Part shown: one piece after another, positions 54,609-64,000 of the stretch
Layout: every line of letters begins with the position of its first letter
Position numbering within the stretch: position 1 is the first letter of the stretch
From: Ascidiella aspersa
Lineage: Eukaryota
Assembly: GCA_963924565.1 (NCBI GenBank)
Contig: OZ004615.1
Span: forward strand, 14,384,001-14,448,000
Reading direction: 5' to 3'
DNA length: 64,000 nt
Notes under the pieces: model-generated
Seen by the model: only the letters and a program-made list of their open reading frames with translations
Told to the model about the DNA's origin: nothing
Database searches by the model: none
Position numbers and translations under genes: made by a program

Positions 54609-56156
54609 ACTTAAACAATGACATGTTTGTTTTTTCAATCGCAGTTTCCACGTTTTTGCTGCTGTGGGTTTTGACAATCTTTGGCTCTCGAATCGATAAA
54701 TGATGATGTTTCATGGGTACACTTGAACTTATATACCAAAATTGTTGATGTGTTATATATAAATCAAGCAAAACAATCATTAACTGTTATTTATTTTCCA
54801 AATAATCTAACAACGCATTTTATATCGTTAAATGACACGTTGCGTACGTAATGCGCAATGCCCACGTAAATTGTCTTGATTATTGCCCAATTATTACTTG
54901 ATTGGTAAGGCTATCGCGTGCTACTTAACGCTACGCTGGAATGTGTAATAGCAAAAGTTCGAAATCCTTGAGCGATTAATTACCTTTCGGTAATACGTTA
55001 CGCACTTTGTTGGAAAACATTTTTTTCTTTTAAAGAAAAATGATGCTAACTTTAAATTGCCTTGGTGTTACCATGTCTAAGTACATATGATGTCGAATTT
55101 AGGTGGTAACTGAAACACCAACAAACCAGTAGGGGATCCAGGCGGGTAAGTGGTCATGGCAACCCAACAAACTGTATTTTTTACGTATTTTAACTACGTA
55201 AGTGAAAACATTTTTTGCGTTACTCACGAATCTCAATTTCGTTTCTTATGTTTTTACCGATTTTGAGACATTTGTTTTAAGCCAAAGGCGTTGTGCGTCA
55301 CATCCCACCACCAAAAATAACAATCTTGGCAAGCTAAACAAAATAAAGGCGTTGTTTTGCATTGCGCGAATCGATAACATCTTTGTAATATATAGCTTTT
55401 GTATAAGAATTAACACCTATCCAACCTAAAACTTTACCCAATGGACGAACTGTTTAGTCTAGTCTTTTAAATTACTGATTTATACCTCCACGCTTAGATT
55501 AACTTTTTGACGTCACGTTTTGACGTGACTTTGCGACGTCATCTATATTTTTTTTTTTTTTTGCCTTCGGCGTGCCTAGAAACCTTACATGGCGCACCGA
55601 TTAAGATCGTCACTATAGTAGTAGATATTACACGCATGACTAACCTACGCGCATTGTTTTGTTTTTTATAATTACAGCAATTATATGTTATCGTGCAATA
55701 CAAAAGTATGCCCGCACATATTTAAGAAAGAGGTAACAATCCAAAAGATCTTATTGTATTATGTGCCACGGACCGCATTGAAAACGATGCGAGGGCCATA
55801 TTTTTTGCTGGCCTTCTATATAGTGAAACAATAACAAAGTGAGCGACAAAATCTCAAAACTAAAACAGTGCTGTTATTTCTGGTAGTTTTAAAGATAACT
55901 TTTATGTCAAAACAATGTGCGATTAACATGTTCTCCTTAAATAGGCCATAAATTCCACTTAAGTATATTCGTGTCGCAATTTTAAACTAAACTCTTCCGC
56001 TAACCACATATAACCATATATTGTTGAGCATATATTTTTTTCTTCTGGTTGCATATTTTTTAGCTGTCTTACAATAAACCAGTGGTTTTTAACCTTTTTT
56101 GCGACTCAAACTTATCCGGGGAGCGGTGGTGACCTAAGAATAGTTATGTTATAAAC

Positions 56157-57770
56157 CAGGGGCGGGAAACATACGGCCCGCAGGCCGGGTCTGGTCCACG
56201 ACGAGATTTTGAGCGGCCCGCAGACAGTTTCTGGTGTTCCACGATAAAGTGGCCCGCGGCCACATTCTGCCACAATCCCCCACTACTTGCTTACTACGTC
56301 AATTTATAAAGATTGTTAGTTATTCTTTGGCTCTTTGTTTTCTTTGTGTTTTTGGATTTTTTGTTTTGGGTTGAAATTATATTTAGAATTTACAAAGATA
56401 TTTTCCCATGGACTTGAATCTGTATTTTCTTTTGAATAACAAAATCCGAATGGTGAAAAACAAATAATTCCGGTTGCACATCAATGATAATAAAGAATGT
56501 TTGTATGTTAAGAGATAAATATAATTCGCTAATAAAAGCATCATCAGTAGGGCGATTATTTTTTGACCTAAAAATATAATTTTTTGACAAAATTTTGACC
56601 TATTATAAATATATAGATTATTCTAAACAACAGCATTAGTGTCTTGGCGTCGTCAACAACACGTTTTTGATGTTTTACTAACTATCGGTCGAACACAAAT
56701 CAGCTATTTTTTCGGGTTTATGCAAAATTATTGAAATCCTTAGTTGATATTTTTGTCCTTTCAAAAAGTCAAATAACTATAAATTGCCGAAGAAAACAAA
56801 GACGCTGGTTATTTTAGAAAATGTTGTCAAGAGAAAACAGACAGCAAATATTGTTCAATACATTTGTCCAAATCAGAAATAAACAACAGTATAATGCAAA
56901 ACGAAGCTGAGCCTAATGCGATAAACTTGGACAGGGTGGATAATTCTTGAAGCTCGCGTATGCATAACACAGTTAAAATGTCGTTGAATAAAACTAAAAA
57001 AAAACTTTTTTAATAACATTTTAGCATAACGTCAATTATAAAAAAACTGATAATAGTTTAATTTTGTAAACGATTTATGTGCATTTTTAATTGTTTTTGA
57101 CTTGAAATAATTTTGACAAATTTTTACCTAACGTGTAATTTTGATCTCATAACATCTAAACCAGGGTAGTCCAAACCCAGGCCACATCATTTTTTGACAT
57201 CATTTTTTGTGGCCCGCGAAGCACTGTTGAATTATTGTAATATTAAAAGTTAACGCCCTGGACCTTTCCATCGTGCAATTCTAGCCAAATATATGTAGTT
57301 AAAAAACATTTTACGCTTATGAATGCAGTATTCTGTTTTGTTAAATACGCAATTTTTTCACGCTTCGCGCGCACCATTTTGCCGGCAGTCTCATTATCAC
57401 ACTACTTTTTGACGATGCTTTTTGTCGTCATCTTTAAACATTTCATACCCCGACCTTACGAAAATCGTTGATCGCTCCTAGCACGCATGTCGCATATATA
57501 GCCTACTTTATATGGCCCGCCAAGTATATCAAAGAAATATTATGGCCCCCGATGCTGTCAACCTTGGACCACCCTGATCTAAACAAACCGATTTTCGGTT
57601 TATAAAGTTGTACTTAGTTTATTCTTTAAGTCGGCAAAAAAGTGCAGTGTTTAACACGAGTACAACGTTAGTCGCTATTATGCGACAAAACATGCACGCT
57701 TTGACAGTACTTAAAAAGTACTTCATTTGGCCATATCTGGCCCGCCGACCGGAGAAGTTGCCCGCCCCTG
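56157..57770. mobile_element. Non-autonomous hAT element
   Basis: TIR CAGGGGCGGG(A/C)AAC; TSD TTATAAAC; GGCCCGC subterminal motifs. Confidence 0.9.
57162..57576. mobile_element. hAT MITE nested in 56157-57770
   Basis: TIR CAGGGT(A/G)GTCCAA; TSD ATCTAAAC. Confidence 0.9.
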
Positions 57771-60305
57771 TTATAAACGATATTTACACCTATTCGATTA
57801 AAACTAAGAAACCCTGTTATTTTCCTCAAGGCAAACATACAAAACAAATTGACAAATGTAAAACAAAATACAAATGCAGCACAGCATCAATATGTGCACT
57901 GACATAAAAAAGATGCCTGTGTCCAGTCAAACTCGTGCGTATATTGGGAACTGAAATCCAGTTAACATGCGTTCAAGGAGATTGCGGTAATCAATTTGCT
58001 TGCTATATGTTGCGTTGTTGTCATTGCTTATAATTAATTAATTAATTATTATCGGACGGTTTAACGAATTTTTATAGTTTAACATTTGACAACGACTTGA
58101 CTTAAAATAATTTTCTTACCGGGACGATGACTTTTTCACCGGGACGCTTGAAACTTTTTATAGATGCAGTCACTAATTTACATAACGGGTCGTCTAAATC
58201 AAGTAATCTTAGAAAACTTTAAATTATCGTTGGGGGACTATAATCTTAATCGCTCCGGCCTAATTTCGCCACTTTTTAAAAGTTACTGGACAATGAACGT
58301 TTGATTTATCCAATATGTGCTAATTCGAATATGTTATCAATCTAAAGGTTATACGCAATGCTGGAAATGATTTCAGTTACTTTAAAATATCAGGTTCAGT
58401 TTCGGTTCACCTCACTAAAAAACAGCTTATATTACGGTTCGTATAAAATTAGCCAAATATTTTTCATAAAACTCGGGTTCGAGGCAGGACTGGAAGTACA
58501 ATAATTTATTAGCGGAACGCATGAAAAATTTTAGAGATTACGTCACAAAGCTACGCCCGTAAACAAACAAAAACAGACAACCGTGCGCAAATATGAAACT
58601 GCAAACATTGGCTCAATACGGTATATTCGAAATCTAATACAATAATTGTTAACCTTGTGACACTTGCATACCGGTAAAAATACAAGATTTCTTCTTGTAA
58701 CAGGTAACCAGAATTCCTAAGACACGGTTCTCTACTGAGACAACTATAGGGCAAGTTGCCAATAAACAACACTTACAAAGAGGTAACGTATTATATATAG
58801 TTGCAACCTTGGTGCAAAACTGAAATTCCGATGGACAGTCGAGATTGGTGTTATAATAAAGAATATTGGCCTACTAAGGGAAACAATCAATTGGATCAAA
58901 TCAGTTAGTCCAGTTATGACGTATTAACGGCGTCATCAACAACAATTTAATTTGCAATTTAACGTTGTAGTTCAACGTTGTGTTTTTTTTTTTGCATACT
59001 TTATTTCTATTAAAACCTTTATGTCTTGGTGTTGTTTTATCTTTAAATTCACTTATACTTTTGTGTTAACCCTTGTTTTAAAGTTTTTTCATGATTTGGG
59101 GGTTTAATCTTAAAAGCTGGTAAAGAAGTCCTGGTGGATTTATTGTATAAAGTCTATAGTAAAACTATAAAGACTGGTTCGCAATAAGAAAAGTTTGGGC
59201 AGTAATAATATTTTATCAACTTAAGACTCTTTTACATTTTACATCAATTTCGGGTGAAAGATTTGTTCTAACTATATTTTATCAATACAGTAATTGCTGA
59301 TTATTACATGATAGAAGGTTGTCCAAATAGCAGAGAAAATGAGGGACGGTCTGGGATAAGAGAAACCTCTGCGTCGCGACGCCCTGGTGAGTGGTTTTAA
59401 TCTTTCAAGGGCGTCGCACAACGATTATGATCCGTATTCAAACTTAACTAAGGTAAGAATATATTAGTAGAAATATTATTTTCTGTCATCAATTTTACCA
59501 AACTGTAGCAATTGATTATTATAATTATGATTTTATAATCACATTCCCCAATACTGATTCAATTCGGCGCTCGACAAATAAGGGCAGGAGTTTATTTAAA
59601 TAAGGGTATATAAATATATGGACAAATTAGGGAAAGCCAATATTTCCATCAAAACGTAAATATGTAGTACAAATTGTGCTATCCAAGCATAATCGTCCCG
59701 ACAAAAACGATAGATCGTAAAATGACTTTTATTGCGACATGGTATACGAATAATGATGCAACACGACGCAATCCAAAACGAAATCGCACACAAAGATATC
59801 ACGCAGAGCTGAGAAAACAGAGCTTTTTTCGCCGAAGAACAATTGGTTTTAATCTATGGTTTTAATTTTTTTAATAAAGCAAACCTAGGCATTCAATATT
59901 ACTATTTTTATATTGCAAGATGCCTCGTCAGATTATCAAACTTTTACAAGGGCATCGCGATAAAAAACACTGGTATTGATAAAGGGCGTAAAACGGATGG
60001 CTAGAAGAAGGATCTATATAATAAATATGGGACGTCGGTTGTCCGATTGAGTATATATATATATAGAATATAGAATACATAACCACATGAATTTTTAATT
60101 TTTTGTAATTTTGCCGTAAAAACGCAGAGTTTTGGGCAATATGGCAGAGATCACAAACATGAACACCAGACGCAAAAATCATAGTTGTAAATTTAACAAG
60201 AAGTCTTACTTTTTTAAATGATTATAATATTTTGACCGACAAATATCATTACAGTTTATAGAATAAACATTAAACACAACAAACATCGCGACAACAACAA
60301 AAAAA

Positions 60306-62719
60306 TTAAAAATGAGCGTTTCTTTTTCTACGTTTACTCTCCTCATCCAGTGTTCCAGCTTCTCCGCGAACCACGTCAACTTCAGCAGCTGAAAACCACA
60401 CGTCGGTGTAGCGGAACTGGAACCAAATCTAACAAATAAAGTAAACATTTATTATATTGCGATAAGTTTGTACTTATGATTTAAATTTAGGTTTAAAATT
60501 ACTATAAGACTAATAAACCTTGTTTTGGGAATGTGCCTAAATATTATTATTTACTATTAAACCAACTCTGACTTAATCTTGTAACAACAATTTTTAAACA
60601 ATTTTTTTTTTATTAACTTATTTAGCGACCTCTTTTTGCCATGGCTGAATGTTCTCAATCATAAACAAATCGCCTTCTCCATCGACAGTGTTAGGATGGT
60701 CAACCTGCAAACAAAATGATTTTATAAAACCTTTAAGTAACTTTTACGGTGATATGGTATAAAAAAAATAGTTTATGTATAATTATCATGTGTTAACTTT
60801 TGTACAATAATATAAATTAATTTGTGACGCATAATATTTTAAAAACAAAATTTTGTTCGATAACAGGGGTTTATAAACTGTGGGGGGGGGGGAGTGGCGA
60901 TAAGAAGTTTAACAACCCCTCTTCTATAATATTATACACCATTCTGTTAATTAATAAGTGTTCTCACTGTAAAGTTGGCGACGGGAGCTGGGAAGTTGAT
61001 CAGGTAATGATCCCCTGACGAGAGACCGAGCTCGTAAATTCGGGATCGACCTTCACTTTGAACCATGTTGCTTGGAAACGAAAGGAGAGAAACTACATAA
61101 AGCAAATAAAAATAAAGAATGAAACGTTGTTGTTGCGAAATGAAAAATCAAGATATGAATTAAAATATGTTAGAAAACCATATGTTAAGTTCCTATTAAG
61201 ATTCATATTTATTTAGGTTATTGGGTTTGTAGAAATTTCCTTACTGTTTGTTTAGCAATACTTCATTTAGAAAAGTTAATTAGAGGTTTAGAATAACTAA
61301 TACTGTACTACAATCACCTTCGTTTTCATCAGTTGTATCGCAGTCGAAGATAATCCCCGTTTCGTTAAAGGGTTCGCCCAGGTAGTTGATGACAAAAGTG
61401 AAACGGTCACTTGTACCTTGCCAGAACTTATTGGACGCGGATAAAGTGTACCTTCCTTCTGCCGAGCTTGACTTAAGTGGGACTATGTCGCAATCTTCGC
61501 ACTATAAAACAACATCGCTTGTAAGCAAAACACTTTTGTCGTTGTAGACTTTTAACATAATTGAAATAGTAGGCCTACCACGGAAAATTCCAATGATTGA
61601 AATTGGAATAAAGGTTATTTGCTAAAAAATAATGCCGTTATATTTTAAATAAGCATTAAACTTTGTAGTGCTTATAACGCCTGAACTAAGGGATATAAAG
61701 AATGAGGCTTACAAACAGGGCGACCTATAACAATTATATATTGCGTGGTTTGTTTGGCGCGTCGGGTTAAAACGTAAAAATATGTTTTATGGTATTTACT
61801 TTTGATCCACCTTAACGATTTATTAATTTTTATTTCGAAGCAACTTACATGAAACCAGAAGACAGGCGAAGGAAAGGCAAGTGTGCAAGTTCCATTACCG
61901 ACTAAACCTCCGTGGACTGCAACACCTCGGGCTCCCGCCAGAGTTCGGTTGTTCTGCGCCCAATCCTCGATGTAGGCAACTGAGTTCACATCTTTGTTAA
62001 AAAAGTAAAAATGAATACCGTTCCGAGGCGGCACTGAGATCATTGAGTTATTTGGTTAGGCTAATCCAGTGGTTTCCAAATTTTTTTGTTCCGTGGTCAA
62101 TTTTTTTTGAAAAACAGTTTTTGGCCCACCATGTCGCCGTAACATTTTTTTGTATGCCCTTTAGCCCGCAGGGGTCGGCAATCTACGGCCCGCGGGCCGG
62201 ATGGACCTGGATATGATAAATATCGTCTACAATTACATAGTTGGACAATTTCTCAATAATGCATTGATTCTAGCAACATCTAAAAATAACCATTTTTACT
62301 TCCGGGTCATTTTTAGATTGGAATTAAATATCTCTATGACTACACTAAATTTTAAATAAACTGCCGTGCTAACTGCGTAGCGAATAAAAAGACATAAGTC
62401 GTGAGATCTTGCCTTTAGGTATAGTTCACAAATAGCCAAAATTATTTAAAATGGCCTCGTTTCTATATAGTTTTAGATATGCTAACAATTATTGTAGTAA
62501 AACAAAACTTATTTAGTTGCAATATTTTAAAAAGCTCCATAGCCCACTGAAAATTGTCTTGTGGCCCACTCATTGGCCATGGCCCAGTTTGGGAAGCCAC
62601 TGGGCTAAACCCCCTTCGTTGATATAGAAAACTTCAACATTAACAGTTGCAGATATATTTTACTAACCTTGCGCCATCACAGTGGCAATCAAAAGCACAA
62701 AAATAATTGCAGTTTCCAT
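60306..62719 (-). CDS. Uncharacterised secreted protein, 233 aa, two degenerate beta-rich repeats (possibly CBM2-like)
   Basis: Exons 62719-62668, 61991-61849, 61501-61318, 61092-60968, 60704-60630, 60428-60306 total 702 nt in frame. Signal peptide METAIIFVLLIATVMAQ; C-terminal KRRKR. The exon 5 donor is weak, so an alternative stop after KEVAK is possible. Confidence 0.8.
62067..62602. mobile_element. hAT MITE in intron 1 of the secreted protein gene
   Basis: TIR CAGTGG(T/C)TTCC; TSD GGCTAATC/GGCTAAAC; contains a second hAT end, CAGGGGTCGGCAA, at ~62169. Confidence 0.8.
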
Positions 62720-63575
62720 GTTTTTGCTGCTGTGGGTTTTGACAATCGTTGGCTGATCTCGAATTGATAAATGATAATGTTTCAGGGTACACTTGAACTT
62801 ATATACCAAAATTGTTGATGTGTTATTTATAAATCGAGCAAAACAATAATTAACTGTTTGGTATTTATTTTCCAAATAATCCAACGCCGTAGTTTATGTC
62901 GTTAAGTGGGACGTGGCGTACGTAATGCGCAATGCCCACGTAAAGTGTCTTGATGATTGCCCAATTATTACTTGATTGTTAAGGCTACCGCGTGCTTATT
63001 AAGGCTGCGCTGGAATGTCGTAATAGCAAAAGTTCGAAATCCCTAAGCGATTAATTAACTTTCGGTAATACGTCACTTGCTTTGTCAGAAAACACTGTTG
63101 TCTTTCAAAGTATTTAAATTGTGCGTTGGTGTTACCATGTCTATAACTACTTATGATGTCAAATTTAGGTAACTGAAGCACCAACAAACCAATAGTGGAT
63201 CCAGGTGGGTAAGTGGCCATGGCCACCCAACAAACTGCATTTTTTGCGCATTTTAACTACGTATACGTAAAAATTCTTTGCGCTACTCACGAATCTCGAT
63301 TTCGCTTCTTTTGTTTTGACCGATTTTGAGACATTTGTTTTAAGCCAAAGGCGTCGTGCGTCACCCCGCACCACCAAAAATTAAAATTTTGACAACTTCA
63401 ACAAAATAAAGGCGTTGTTTTGCATTGCGCGATTCGATAACATCTTTGTAATATATAGCTTTTGTATTAGAATTAACACCTATCCAACCTAAAACTTTAC
63501 CCAATGATCGAACTGTTTAGTCTAGTGTTTTTTGAAGATTACTGCTTTATGCCGCCACGTTTAGATTAACTTTTC

Positions 63576-64000
63576 ACCCGATCCGTTAGAAATCAGTGCA
63601 TTTCTAAGCAAAAAGGTCTACGACAATCAGGGCATCCAATGGCAGAAAAGTCTAGACTTTTAGACCTTGAGGTCCTGGCAATGCACTGATTTGGACCTTT
63701 AGGTAAACTCCAGGCGTAGATAAATTAAAAATATTCATTAAAAGTTCAGAAAAGATAACAAAAAATATGAGATAAGATTAATAACACTTGACCCACCCTA
63801 ACCCAAACGCTAACCCAAACCCTAACCCAAATAATTTGCGTTATTTTAATAATTCTTTAAATGCTGGGGAAAAGGCCCAAACTCGGATGGTAATAAGATG
63901 GTTTCTCGTCCATTGTATTTAAGATTATTACGTCACAAATTGAGGTATTGGGGCCTGAAGCGTTATAATTATTAAATTATCGCACATTATTTGGGTTAGG
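63576..64000. mobile_element. Foldback element copy, truncated by the window end
   Basis: Begins ACCCGATCCGTTAGAAA; reverse complement of 37600-38006. Confidence 0.75.

Larger units (their letters stand above)
50706..54655 (-). pseudogene. Pseudogene copy of the secreted protein gene at 60306-62719
   Basis: Homologous exons at 52268-52126, 51537-51414 (1-bp deletion relative to the paralog) and 50780-50706. The start codon is ATG>GTG (~54651) with the signal-peptide exon truncated; exons 3 and 6 were not found; a hAT sits in intron 1. Confidence 0.85.
59050..63575 (+). repeat. Segmental duplication unit, paralogous to ~50050-55510
   Basis: Colinear direct similarity of exons, introns and upstream DNA (e.g. 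54640-55510 vs 62710-63575; 50115 vs 59101). Confidence 0.9.

Noticed and set aside
63780-63830. Telomere or interstitial telomeric array
   Set aside because: Only a few degenerate CCCTAA units, embedded in a dispersed foldback element.

Overview
AT-rich, intron-rich animal genomic DNA. A tunicate (ascidian) is my inference from the compact introns, chordate-like proteins and patchy CpG depletion; it is not proven. Gene order: (1) the last 15 coding exons of CPSF1 (+, stop 9819); (2) a 7-exon, ~863-aa gene (-) with a Crypton-type tyrosine-recombinase (DUF3504-like) domain that lacks catalytic residues and has a GC-AG intron; (3) a divergent CABLES (-) with a decayed Academ transposon in an intron; (4) a GPSM1/2 (LGN/AGS3/Pins) gene (+) head-to-head with CABLES; (5) a segmental duplication carrying an intact 6-exon, 233-aa secreted protein gene with two degenerate repeats resembling CBM2 cellulose-binding modules, plus a pseudogenised copy with a Buster/SPIN-type hAT transposon. 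Introns and intergenic DNA hold many hAT MITEs with 8-bp TSDs, palindromic MITEs, tRNA-derived elements and a ~41-bp minisatellite. The most novel candidates are the secreted CBM2-like protein, the domesticated Crypton gene and a tRNA-like unit enclosed in inverted repeats. Exon boundaries were read by eye and may be off by a few bases.
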